Assembly (NCBI RefSeq): GCF_006345805.1
Contig: NW_021834323.1
Span: forward strand, 1 to 53,019
Source: Octopus sinensis
Lineage: Eukaryota
Reading direction: 5' to 3'
DNA: 53,019 bases
Both the position numbers and the translations under genes were made by a program. The notes under the pieces are model-generated. The model saw only the letters and a program-made list of their open reading frames with translations. It did no database searches and was not told the origin of the DNA. Shown piece by piece: positions 26,050-38,811 of the stretch; within the stretch, counting starts at the first letter, position 1, and each line of letters opens with the position of its first letter.

Positions 26050-26184
26050 TATCATAATATGATTTATATATATATATATATATAATTGGGTGAACGTTTC
26101 GCTGCTATTTCTATAAATTTAGATACGTATTCTGTGGCTAATAAAAAAATTAAATCTATTTTTAAAGATAATCGTAAAAGAATC

Positions 26185-26281
26185 CATCTTCATCACCATC
26201 ATCAGCGCCTTTATCATTTTTAACATCACCACTACCACTGTCACCACTACCACCACCTCCATGATCCTCACCGTCATCATC

Positions 26282-26313
<32 letters not shown>

Positions 26314-26785
26314 CATCATCATCGTCGTCGTCATCATTATCATCACGGTACTCTATCAAGCCAATCCGTTTCCAGCAATTGCTGATGGTGCTACTGGACA
26401 TGTTGTTGTTGTTGCTACTGCTGCTGTTGTTTCCATATGTTCATAATTATTCATTGTTAGTTTTATGGTGAATGAAAGATGGAGTAACAGAATAAGGCCA
26501 CCACCACCACCACCACCACCACCACCACCACCACCATCAATCACTCCCCACCATCTCCAAGACCACCACCACCACCATCACCGCAGCCACCACCATTACT
26601 CACGCAACCTCAGCGAGCAATAGCTCCACAATCATAACCATCAGCACATTGAGTACAAAGAGAAACACCATATCCCCACCCCCCGTTATCAACAACACCA
26701 CTACAACTAGCGCACTAGCTATAACCAGCAGCTCCGACAACACCACTATTCATAAAAACCAAAGACAATACCACCTGCACCACTT

Positions 26786-26826
<41 letters not shown>

Positions 26827-26843
26827 GCTGCTGCTGCTACTGC

Positions 26844-26891
<48 letters not shown>

Positions 26892-26945
26892 TGATGATGA
26901 TAATAATAATAATAATTTATTATCGTCATCATCATCATCATCACA
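26185..26945. repeat. Trinucleotide microsatellite cluster (ATC, ACC, ACT, AAT)
   Basis: Directly visible. Confidence 0.9.
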
Positions 26946-27278
26946 GTCCTAACCAGTGTGCGATCGTCATCTCCGTCTCCAGCACTGCACCCACCACCAT
27001 CATCACTACTATAACACTGATCATTTCATCGTCTCCCTCATCCCTACCAAAAATAATATGGTCACCACCCCCGTCACCCGTCACCACTGCCCCTACCCTT
27101 GTAATAACGCCTCCACCTTCTCCTAGTTTCCCACTTTACTTAACCACAAGTTCCGCCATTATTTCTCCTCGCTCCTCCCTCTTCCCCCCCTCCGCTAAAA
27201 AATCAAGTCACGTGTCCCAAGCATATGACCGCCAAAGTCGGGGTGTCGACAGCGTGGGTGGTTAAGTGCGAGAAGTCG

Positions 27279-27452
27279 TTGCCAAACGACCCGGCTACAC
27301 GTCTTGCACGTAACAGGGAGCTCGGAATTAGGGAGCGAGAGAGAATCAAACGTGACAAGATGCATATGGGATGAATGTGGTGGACGGGGGTCAGGAGGCG
27401 GAGGGGAGGGCGTTGTGGATGGGGTGCGGTGGGAGTAAAAGACGAACAGGGA
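27279..27452. repeat. Left arm of a long-range inverted repeat in unique sequence
   Basis: 27279-27375 matches the reverse complement of 28526-28620 (5 substitutions and one 4 nt indel); patchy similarity continues to ~27452. Confidence 0.95.
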
Positions 27453-27903
27453 AAGTACGAGTTTGTTTGGCAGAGATGGGGGTCAAAAACGATTGAGGTA
27501 AGATATGATCAAAGATATTCCAGCCGTGGCCATCATGTCTTTCGGAAAATATTGGTGAGATTCCTTCATTCGATTTAGCCTCCCTCTCTCTGTCTCTCTT
27601 GCTTACCCTCTCTCTCTCCCAACAGTAGGGTTAGGGTTTAATGGACAGAGAGGGCGAAACAGAGAGAAACAATAATCACGTACATCTGCAGAAGGATTGT
27701 TAGAAGTTACAAAAGTTATATAGACAGACAGACAGACAGACAGACAAGCAGGCAGGCAGGCAGGCAGACAGGCAGGTAGATAGATAAGTAGATGGATAGA
27801 CAGAGAGTGAGGGGGGAGGAGAGAAAGGGAGACTGACTGGATTCATAGGTAAATCGTTCGATAGAAAAAGAGGTTGTACGTGGGTCTGCGCGTTTTCATA
27901 GAT

Positions 27904-27973
<70 letters not shown>

Positions 27974-28044
27974 CGCGCGTGTGTGAATATGTAAGTATGT
28001 ATGTATACAAAGAATGACAAAGAGAGAGGCTGGGTTAATAAATA

Positions 28045-28090
28045 GATTAACTGATTGATTGATTGATAGATTGAGTGAGTGAGTGATTTA

Positions 28091-28131
<41 letters not shown>

Positions 28132-28218
28132 GTGATTGAGTGATTGAGTGATTGATTGATTGAGTGATTAATTGACTGATTGATTGATTGATCAATTGAT
28201 TGCTTAATTGATTGATTG
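28045..28218. repeat. (GATT)n/(GAGT)n microsatellite
   Basis: Directly visible; lies in the loop of the inverted repeat. Confidence 0.95.
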
Positions 28219-28447
28219 AACGAAAATACATGCTAGAAGGGATAGCAAATCTCAGCCACAACTTCTGAGAGAGACTACTGCCGACTGCATTGACCCAGTA
28301 TATGACAAGTATTCACCAATATATCGATTCTGAGGTGACGGTAAGTAAAGTCGACTCCATCAGATTTAAACTTAAAACTTTGGCACAGAATAACGGATTC
28401 CATTTCGTCCGGCATTATAATTCTACTCCTAATTTGTAGTTCTACAA

Positions 28448-28620
28448 TCCCTTTTTATCTTTTACCACCACCCCACCCTATACTTATCCACCTCCTTCAA
28501 CCACAGACCCCCGCCTCCTGATCCCCATTCTTCCCATATGCATCTAGTCACGTTTGATTCTCTCTCCCTAATTCCGAGCTCCCTGTTACGTGCAAGACAT
28601 GTAGCCAGGTCATTTGGCAA
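28448..28620. repeat. Right arm of the long-range inverted repeat
   Basis: Reverse complement reads ttgccaaatgacctggctacatgtcttgcacgtaacagggagctcggaattagggagagagaatcaaacgtgactagatgcatatgggaagaatg..., matching the left arm. Confidence 0.95.
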
Positions 28621-28669
28621 GAATCAATGTGAACCGGCACTTTCCAAGTTTTCTCAATGTTCTTTCTTC

Positions 28670-28803
28670 AATTCTGCCAAAGTCGACTTTGACTTTCATC
28701 CTTTCGGGGTCGATAAATTAAGTACCAGTTGCGTAATGGTGTCATGTAATCGACTGGCCCCCTCCTCTAGAATTTCGGACCTTGTGTTTAGAGTAGAAAA
28801 GAA
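28670..28803 (+). mobile_element. SINE family B 3' part
   Basis: gtcgactttgactttcatcctttcggggtcgataaattaagtaccagtt. Confidence 0.85.
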
Positions 28804-29809
28804 TGTTCTTTCTTTTATTTTTTATGCATAAATTCTTGTTACAGTGTGAGAAAAATGCCGATTATGTCTTTCCGTTCGTTCCATAGTTAAGGTTGTTTAA
28901 TGCTTAATTCTCCAACAAATGCAGAATGCATGATATTCTTTGCAAGTGATAATTCTAATGGTTTAAGCAGGTCATACATTTTAGGGGAGATAACCGTTGT
29001 TTGTGCAGCCAACTGGAAGGAACTGCTTTTTATTTTATCAATCTCTTATAAATAAGCCATTGGTGGGAATCTTCTTCAATACCATGTGATCAGTACCACG
29101 TGATCAATATTTTGTCTAACACTTTGGCAATTGACCCACCGTCCAAAGAATTTAAAATATTCTATTTGTTATGGGATTCGAGTGTCCAAGTTATACCTTA
29201 AAACACCTTAACTATGGAACAAAGCCAAACACACAGTAGAAAGTTTTAACAATGAAACGATCTTATGGATATCTATGATTTATACTTCAGAATAGAAACG
29301 AAAAAATAAACGTGGAATTTCTAAGGATCACGAAAGTTGCAATAATTAAAGCAATTTGTATTTAATTTCAAAAGAAAATATTTAATTCTTTGATTAATTC
29401 CAAAGATATGTGATTAATTCTAGAATATACGGTAAATTAGATTGAAATTATCGATGATTTAATCATGAATCTATATAATTAGTGTAAGATAAGATCAAGG
29501 CTGAAGACTCAGGTCTATAAACAATTAAAGAACGGTTGGTTTTGAGGAGAAAACAGCGCGTGGGAGTTTTAAGACCGCAAAATACGCGCGCGTGTATGTG
29601 TGTCATTCAAAGAATTCTAGATTACTGAGGCTATTTCCCTTTTTTATTTGTAACCAGTTGTAATTGCAGTCAAGTAATAGTTTACTGTCTCCCAAAGCGA
29701 AGATAGTTTTAATAAATGAAGAATTTATTTTCGTATGGTATTTAATATATCTATATTCATTGTTGCGGCCATTTGAAATGGGCAGGGACACGATGTTCCA
29801 TTCAAAGTC

Positions 29810-29985
29810 TGACAATCGATGGTGGTGTGTTTACGTCCCCGCAACTTAGCGGTTCGGCAAAAGAGAACCGATAGAATCAGTACTAGGCTTCGAAAGAATA
29901 AGTCCTGGGGTCGATTTGCTCGACTAAAGGCGATGCTCCAGGATGGCCGCAATCAAATGACTGAAACAAGTAAAAGAGTAAAAGA
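29810..29985 (+). mobile_element. SINE family A 3' half
   Basis: ggtgtgtttacgtccccgcaacttagcggttcggc ... atgactgaaacaagtaaaagag. Confidence 0.88.
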
Positions 29986-30029
29986 GAGAGGGAGAGTAAA
30001 AGAGAGAGAGAGTATAAGCAGAAGGATCA

Positions 30030-30362
30030 AAATTTTCGGGTAGGGGACAAGTCGATAACATCGATCCCAGTGTTCAACAGGCACTGATCGACCCCGGACG
30101 GATAAAAAGCAAAGTGGCCCTCGGCGGAATTTGAAGTCAGAACGTGAAGATGGAGGAATTACCGCGAAGCATATTGTCCGGCGTGCCAACGATTCGGTCA
30201 GCTCGCCGCCATCTTTGCAACACAAACAATCCTTTCTACGATTGACACAAGGCCTGAAATTTGGAAGGAAGTGGGGCCGGTCGATTACATTAGCCCCAGG
30301 ACGCAACTGGTACGTATTTTATCAACTCCGAAAGGATGAAAGGCAAAGTCAACCTCGGCGAA
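30030..30362 (-). mobile_element. Two adjacent SINE family B fragments
   Basis: cggcggaatttgaa ... aacgattcggtcagctcgccgcc (30030-30211) and ccgaaaggatgaaaggcaaagtcaacctcggcg (30240-30362). Confidence 0.8.
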
Positions 30363-30568
30363 GACGATGATGCTGCTAGTAGTGGAGGTGGTGACAGGGT
30401 TTGCCTGATAAGGGATGGTTGTAAGGATGATCATAGTAGTAATGATGATGATGTGAAGGAAGAAGAGAAGAACTAGGTTGATTATGTCGATAATTAGAAT
30501 AATGACGATGACAACGGCGGCGATGATGATGATGATGAGGGTGATGGTGGAGGCTGTAGGAATGGTGG

Positions 30569-30623
<55 letters not shown>

Positions 30624-30735
30624 GATGGCGATGGTGACGATGATGTGCATGATGAACAATGATGACGATGATGGCGATGACGACGAAGTCGATGAAGAAG
30701 AGTTTGACGACGATGTCGATCATGATTGTGATTAA
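30363..30735. repeat. (GAT)n-rich low-complexity tract
   Basis: Directly visible. Confidence 0.9.
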
Positions 30736-31014
30736 GTCTCTGAGACAAGGAATAACGTGTGTGTGTGTATGTAAAATAGAGAGGGAGAGGTAGGGTAGAG
30801 GAAGTAATATCCAACAAATGAGGGTTTGAGTAGGAAGAGGATGGGGGGAAGGGAAAGAGAAGGAGAAAGAGGAGGATGAGAAAAGAAAACATATCCCAGA
30901 GTGAAAGTGAAAGTTGGCGGCTGCGAGAGTAAGGAGAGAGGGAGAGAGAAAGAGAAGGAGCATATCTGTGTCTGTGTGCTTGGAGCTTGAATGTGTGTGT
31001 GTGTACGTGTGTGC

Positions 31015-31052
<38 letters not shown>

Positions 31053-31157
31053 CTGTGTATGGATGAATGTGTGTATATTTGTGTGGAGGCGTGGAGGCTC
31101 GTGTGGGTTTGGGTTGATTAGTGAAGTGTACATAAGTCGGTAGGCAGCGCGTGTGTG

Positions 31158-31193
<36 letters not shown>

Positions 31194-31531
31194 TGTGTAT
31201 GTATGTATGTGCGGTTGTGTGTGTGTGTGGAGGTCAGAAGTAAGGCAGTGCAGTGGGCCGCAAAGTCAGAAATGTCGGCTTCCCTTAGGAATGGTGGGGC
31301 GTGGGTAGGGCCATCCCAATGAGAATTGCCTGTGGGTGGTGGACTTATTGTTTATTTGCATCGGGTGTTGTTTGTGTTGTTGTTGTTAGTGTTGGTCTTT
31401 GTTGTTGTTTGTCATTCCAGTGGGCCCAGGGCATTGAACGATAACAAAGCCAACTGCAGTTCTATAGCAGTCTAATTAAGTGATAGCTTGTTAAAAGTTT
31501 GGAGTATCACGTGACGACGATGTAGCAGCAA

Positions 31532-31565
<34 letters not shown>

Positions 31566-31657
31566 GTAGTAGTAGTAGTAGTAGTAGTAGTAACAGCACC
31601 GGCAGCAATGTTGTTGTTATGTTGTAATAGAAACAGCGAAAGAAACGGATACTTATT

Positions 31658-31812
31658 GGTTTCAAATTTTGGCACAAGGCCAGCAATTTCGGGGATAAGG
31701 TCCAGTTGATTACGACGATTGGGACTTATTTTACCGTTCCCAGAAGGATAAAAGGCAAAGGGTGGGGTTGGGATGTAAAACAACAGCAACGAGATTTGAT
31801 CTCAGAACTTAA
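31658..31812 (-). mobile_element. SINE family B fragment
   Basis: ggtttcaaattttggcacaaggccagcaatttcgggg ... aaggataaaaggcaaag. Confidence 0.75.
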
Positions 31813-33480
31813 AGGAACGTAAATTAAAGGAACCCAATCCATTTTTGCTAAAGCTGCAGTGGATGTTATCCAATGGCAAAAGGCCACGTATTTTTAGTGG
31901 AGGTCGCAGTTGGATTGGTATAAGATAAATGGCAGCAATTGTTCTGGCCTTCTGCAGTCAAATCCTGCCAATGTTAAAAGTATCTTCCATTCTTTCGGTG
32001 GTCGACAAATAAAGTACGAGTCCAGGGTGATGTGTTGGTGGGATTCTAAGAGGATCGGATGAGATTTGGGGCGATATTTGTTCGTAACTACAATTGTCTT
32101 GGGGTCATCGGTCCCAGACGTCATCAGTCATCTAGTTTAACACCACCACCAGGTACCTTGAAGGGACTTTGGTGGAGTTCACTGTGTTGCAAGTTTTCAG
32201 TTCAGGTCTTCGTTTAAGGATATTTCGCAAAATTTCAGAAACATTGAAAAATGAAGCTCCCTAGTTGCTGTCGTTTGCTACCGGACAAAACGATAAAGAA
32301 AGGAGACCCCAGGACATAGCTGCTGTGTTATTTTATCGATCTCGGAAGGATAAAACATTCAAGTCTGAACGTAATGACCGTAAATTAAACACCACTAAGC
32401 ATACCATCCGGCGCTCTACCGCTTCTGGTAAATTATGCCACAGATGATTTTTATTCATTTTATTGTGGATGTTAGAAAGGAGCATTTATTAGCAGAATCG
32501 TTAAAGCATCTGACAAAATATCTTGTTAAATTTATTTATATGCGGACCATTTACGATCTGAGTTCAATTCCAGCCGAAGCCATATTTGATTTATTTTGTA
32601 TCCGAAGCCAGTGAAATATCTAAATGGTCTCCCCAACCTCTGGCTGGGACAGAAGTTGCTCTCAATCAATGATGATTGAGGACGCAATTATGTTATCAGG
32701 GAATCTCTCGTCCGAGTGAATCAACAATACACTATACATGTCCTTATCATTTCCACATTTGTTATCGCTACTCTTCTTCTTGTAGTTGTCGGTAATTGCT
32801 GCTCTTGATCTTGCTTGCTACTGCTGCTGCAACAGTTCTTGCTGTTGATCTTCTTGTCGTCGTTGTCACCATCGTTCTTATTTGTTTAGGCTTGTTACTA
32901 TTGACCTATGACCGGAGGCGGAAGGCTACGATCGGCTCCTCCTTCTCTTCGACATTACATAACTAGAACTTCATTACACACTAAGACGGCCTATAGTGTG
33001 TCTGTTGAGGTCAATCTAGCTGGTATTTCTAGCAGGTCAAGTGCCGGCATAGTTGCTTCATGGAACTCACTCAAATACGTATATTACACGTTTAGGTGTT
33101 GTCGAGATTACCATAGTATTAGTGCCAACTGTAACAGAACCAGCGAATTTGCATTTTACTTTCACAACGCACGCGCGCACCGACACACGTGACCGTAGAC
33201 GAATAAAACAAACCAGAGATAGTCTTTTATTATTGATATTAAAGATAATGGCGCGCGCATCAGAAAGGCTATAGGCACAATGGTGAGATAGCGACAAACA
33301 CAGTTAAACAGTAGTACACACACACACACGAGTGTGTGTGTGTGTGTTTTTCTGTGCCTACAGATAGACAGACAGACAGATATTAGATCATTCAAAGAAG
33401 GACTCAATACTTATGTGTATATATGTGAATACGTGTGTGTGTGTTTGTACGTTTATGTATATATATATATATATATATAT

Positions 33481-34985
33481 ATAGGCGCAGGAGTGGCTAT
33501 ATAGGCGCAGGAGTGGCTATATAGGCGCAGGAGTGGCTGTTGTGGTAAGTAGCTTGTTTACCACCACATGGTTCCGGGTTCAGTCCCACTGCGTGGTACC
33601 TTGGGCAAGTGTCTTCTACTATAGCCTCGGGCCGACCAAAGCCTTGTGAGTGGATTTGGTAGACGGAAACTGAAAGAAGCCCGTCGTATATATGTATATT
33701 TATATATGCGTGTGTGTGTTTGGGTGTCTGTGTTTGTCCCCCTAGCATTGCTTGACAACCGATGCTGGTGTGTTTATCTCCCCGTTACTTAGCGGTTCGG
33801 CAAAAGAGACCGATAGAATAAGTACTGGGCTTACAAAGAATAAGTCCCGCGATCGAGTTGCTCGACTAAAGGTGGTGCTCCAGCATGGCCGCAGTCAAAA
33901 TGACTGAAACAAGTAAAAGAGAAAGAGAGAGAGTATAGGCGCAGGCGTGGCTGTGTGGTAAGAAGCTTGCTTCCCAGCCACATGGTTCCGGGTTCAGTCC
34001 CACTGCGTGGCACCTCAGGCGAGTGTCTTCTCCTGTAGCCTCAGGCCGACCAAACTCCTACGTGTGTATTCGGTAAACGGAAACTGAAAGAAGCCCGTCG
34101 TATGTATATATATATATATAATATATATAGGCGCAGGAGTGGCTATATAGGCGCAGGAGTGGCTATATAGGCGCAGGAGTGGCTGTGTGTAAGTAGCTTG
34201 TTTACCAACCACTGGTGTCCGGGTTCAGTCCCACTGCGTGGTACCTTGGGCAAGTGTCTTCTACTATAGCCTCGGGCCGAACCAAAGCCTTGTGAGTGGA
34301 TTTGGTAGACGGAAACTGAAAGAAGCCCGTCGTATATATGTATATTTATTATGCGTGTGTGTGTTTGGGTGTCTTTGGTTTGTCCCCCTAGCATTGCTTG
34401 ACAACCGATGCTGGTGGTGGTGTTTATTCTCCCCGTTACTTAGCGGTTCGGCAAAGAGACCGAGAATAAGTACTGGGCTTACAAAGAATAAGTCCCGCGA
34501 TCGAGTGCTCGACTAAAGGTGGTGCTCCAGCATGGCCGCAGTCAAAATGACTGAAACAAGTAAAAGAGAAAGAGAGAGAGTATATGCGCAGGCGTGGCTG
34601 TGTGGTAAGAAGCTTGCTTCCCAGCCACATGGTTCCGGGTTCAGTCCCACTGCGTGGCACCTCAGGCGAGTGTCTTCTCCTGTAGCCTCAGGCCGACCAA
34701 ACTCCTACGTGTGTATTCGGTAAACGGAAACTGAAAGAAGCCCGTCGTATGTATATATATATATATATGTCTGTGTGTGTGTGTGTTTGTCCCCCACTAT
34801 CGCTTGACAACCGACGTTGGTACGTTTACGTCCCCGTAACACAGCGGTTAGGTAAGAGAGACCGACAGAATAAGTACAAGGCTTACAAAGAATAAGTCCT
34901 GTAGTCGATTTGTTCGACTAAATGCGGTGCTCCAGCAAGGCCGCAGTCAAATGTCTGAAACAAGTAAAGGAGTAAGAGACTAAAA
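33481..34985 (+). mobile_element. Head-to-tail array of four SINE family A units (duplicated dimer)
   Basis: Heads at ~33523, ~33938, ~34170, ~34586. Block 33481-34127 is repeated at 34128-34770 with shared diagnostic variants. The 20 bp head motif ataggcgcaggagtggctat is triplicated in both blocks. Confidence 0.92.
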
Positions 34986-35084
34986 GAACCTTCAGACGTT
35001 TTACTATGAGAGAGTGACATTGTGTCTAGGTCTGTGTCTTTACGTTTTGTCAAGTCTTCTGCGAATGGTGATACGCATGTGTTT

Positions 35085-35813
35085 GTATGTATAAGTCTGT
35101 ATGTATGTATGTGTGTATGTATGTATGTATGTAGGTATAAGTCTGTATGTATGATGTGTATGTATGTATGTATGTATGTATGTATGTATGTATGTATGTA
35201 TGTATGTATGTAGGTATAAGTCCTGTATTCTGATGTATGTATGTATGTATGTATGTATGTTATTATTATGTATGTATGTATGTGGGATGTATGTATGTAT
35301 GTATGTATGTATGTATGAATGTAGTATGTAATGTATGTATTATGTGTATGTAGGTAGGTATAAGTCTGTATGTATGTTTTGTATGTTGTATGTATGTATG
35401 TATTATGTATGTATTATGTATGTATGTATTATGTATGTATGTATGGATGTATTTATGTATGTATGTATGTATTTATGTATGTATTATGTATGTCTTATGT
35501 ATGTATGTATGTAGTATGTATGTATGTATGTATGTATGTATTTGTATGTCGTATGTAGTATGTATGTAGGTATGTATGTATTATGTATGTATTATGATGT
35601 AGTATTATGTATGTATGTATGTATGTATGTATGTAGTATGTATGTATGTATGTATTATGGTTGTATTATGTATGTATGTATGTATGTATGTATGTATGTA
35701 TATTATGTATGTATGTAGTATGTATGTATGTATGTATGTATGTATGTATGTAGGTATAAGTTTGTATGTATGTATGTGTAGTATGTAGTATGTATGTTGT
35801 ATGTATAGTATGA

Positions 35814-35846
<33 letters not shown>

Positions 35847-35990
35847 TGTATATATGTAGGTATATACTTTTGTATGTATGTATGTATGTATGTATGTATA
35901 TGTAATGTTTGTATGTATGAATATGTATGTATGTATGTATTATGTTGTATGTATGTATGTGTATGTATGTATGTATAAGTCTGTATGTAT
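35085..35990. repeat. Degenerate (ATGT)n satellite with recurring ataagtctg anchors
   Basis: Directly visible; many 1 bp indels. Confidence 0.92.
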
Positions 35991-36212
35991 GCGACGAAGT
36001 GTGTTCCCCAGTATATATATGTTCAAAATAAGGAAGAAGTGTATATATGCAAGTCGTGCTTCGTTGGTGTAACCCGCTTAAAGGCATACTAACATACATT
36101 TGAAACCCATGCGTATATATATATATATAATATATACATATACATATGTGTGTATATATATATGTGTGTGTATGTGTGCGTGTGTGTATGTTTACATATA
36201 TATAAGTGTGTG

Positions 36213-36250
<38 letters not shown>

Positions 36251-36919
36251 GTGTGTGTGTGTATGTATATACTTTTAGTCATATGCATATACACGTATAC
36301 AAACGTATGAACGGGTAAACTAACTCACACACACCTACGAACACACACCCACACACTAAGACGCCATATGTATGGGTGTGCGGGTGTGTGTGTGCGCATG
36401 CATTAGTGTGTCTGTGTGTGTGTGTGTTCAATGAAGTATGCGCATCACGCAGTATGTTACACTCCATTTCTAGTGATATGGTTGAATGGCCAAAACCAAA
36501 AACGCGCTCTCTCACTCCCTCTCTCTCCTTCTCTCTTTCCTCGTCCATGTTTTTTCTCTTTCTGTTTCCCCTACACTTTCTCTCTCCCTCTCTGTCTCCT
36601 TCTCTCTCCCCCTCTCTCTGATGAATACGTTCTGGACATTGATTTTCCTGTCCCCTTAATCCCCTATTCTAATTCCCTACTTATTCCCATATTTTTTGCT
36701 ACTAACTTGACTCTCCCTCTCTTTGTCTTTTATGTATCGTTTCAATTTCCTCACTGCACACACACATGCAAACACACACACACACACACACCACACACAC
36801 ACACACAAACACACATTTATAAGCATTTGTACATATACATCACACGACTTGTCCGTTAATTTAAGTGTTTATCTAAATATACATGTATTTATCTGTATAT
36901 CTACTATCCATCTCTCAAA

Positions 36920-37340
36920 ACATACATACATACATACATACATACATACATGCATGCATGGCATACATACATATATACATACATACATACATACATACAT
37001 ACATACATAAAAACATACATACATGCATTCATACATACGTACATACATACATACATATATGCATGCATGCATACGTACATACATACATGCAAACATACAT
37101 ACATACATACATACATACATAAAAACATACATACATACATACACACATAAACCATGCATACATGCATTCATACATACGTACATACGTACATACATACATA
37201 TAAGCATACATACATACACACATACATACATACATACAAACATACATACATACATACATGCAAACATTCATACATACATACACACATACACACATACACA
37301 CATACATACATACATACATACATACACACATACATACACG
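36920..37340. repeat. (ACAT)n microsatellite
   Basis: Directly visible; opposite orientation to 35085-35990. Confidence 0.95.
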
Positions 37341-37676
37341 TATCTGTGCGTGTGGGTCTCTCTGTCCATGGACCTGTCTTTCCGTGGACCTTTCTGTCTA
37401 TCTTTGTTTCACCTGATGAAGCATATGCGCCACCAATTGGTGCGTAGTCTAAACGATCCCAATGCGGGCATCAAGAGCGCTAAGGGCAGCTTAAACAACG
37501 ATGGGTGGAGAAAATAGAACTAATTTAAGTGGTGATTGCATAGCGGGAGATAAGAGCTAATCTAATACACGAACACACACACACACACACGAATACACAC
37601 ATATTGAGGCATATTTATCGTTTCCACACGCACACAGACACGCACAGACACACACAGAGACATATATATTTATAGG

Positions 37677-37718
<42 letters not shown>

Positions 37719-37980
37719 AGATATACCAACATACATACATGCATACATACATACATATATGTACACAAAGTGAGGGGATGAGAGAGAGAGAGAGAGAGAC
37801 GAATACACACAAATACACACAAATACACACACACATACACATTTACAGACATACCTATATATATGTGTATGTGTGTGTATGTATGCGTGTATATATAAAT
37901 GTATATGTACAGATGAGATATATGTGTGTATAATGGATAATATATATACCTATGTGTACACACACATATACACACACCTC

Positions 37981-38082
<102 letters not shown>

Positions 38083-38139
38083 TAGAGATAGATATAGATA
38101 TAGATAGATATATAGAGATATATAGATAGATATATATAT

Positions 38140-38217
<78 letters not shown>

Positions 38218-38645
38218 GTACATGTATATGTAAGAACACTCATATTTAAAAGACATTAAATATATATATGTATATATATATATATACACACATATTACGT
38301 TACAACACACACACACATATATATATATATAATTATACATATGTATGCATGTGAAGCCCATTACAGGCTGGGCAGAGTCCCCACTGACTGACTGACTGGC
38401 TGACAGATACAATGAGACAAAGAGCCTTACATATCGTCTACCACCACCCACGCCACCACCCCACACCTACGCCGCCGCCGCTCTCACCTTTCTCATCCTC
38501 TTCCCGTTCACACTCTAATGGCTTTCTCTTCTTTTGTATTTGTTTAATCATCAACACATAACAGATATCACAAGAAGGACTCCATACTGCATAGGTGTGA
38601 GTGTGTGTGTGTGTGTGGATGGGTATATGCGTATATGCATGTTTA

Positions 38646-38679
<34 letters not shown>

Positions 38680-38728
38680 CACATATATATATATACATAT
38701 AATATATATATATATGTGTATATATATG

Positions 38729-38759
<31 letters not shown>

Positions 38760-38811
38760 GTGCGTATATATATATGTATATATATAAATATATATATAAG
38801 AATGGCAGTGC

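Noticed and set aside
27625-27640. AGGGTTAGGGTT telomere-like motif; also (TTAGG)3 near 10248
   Set aside because: Only 2-3 units, as expected by chance.
29603-29815. 70 aa non-repetitive minus-strand ORF
   Set aside because: Starts at a SINE boundary with a non-ATG codon; no recognisable motif or splice signals.
32085-32132. Minus-strand CTGATGA plus stem
   Set aside because: No GAAA adjacent to the stem; lies in decayed repeat sequence.
33481-33540. Three 20 bp direct repeats resembling a mini CRISPR array
   Set aside because: No spacers, eukaryotic context; it is the reiterated 5' end of a SINE.
37408-37465. CTGATGA followed by a hairpin (hammerhead-like)
   Set aside because: GAAA is replaced by TAAA and stems I and III cannot be formed.
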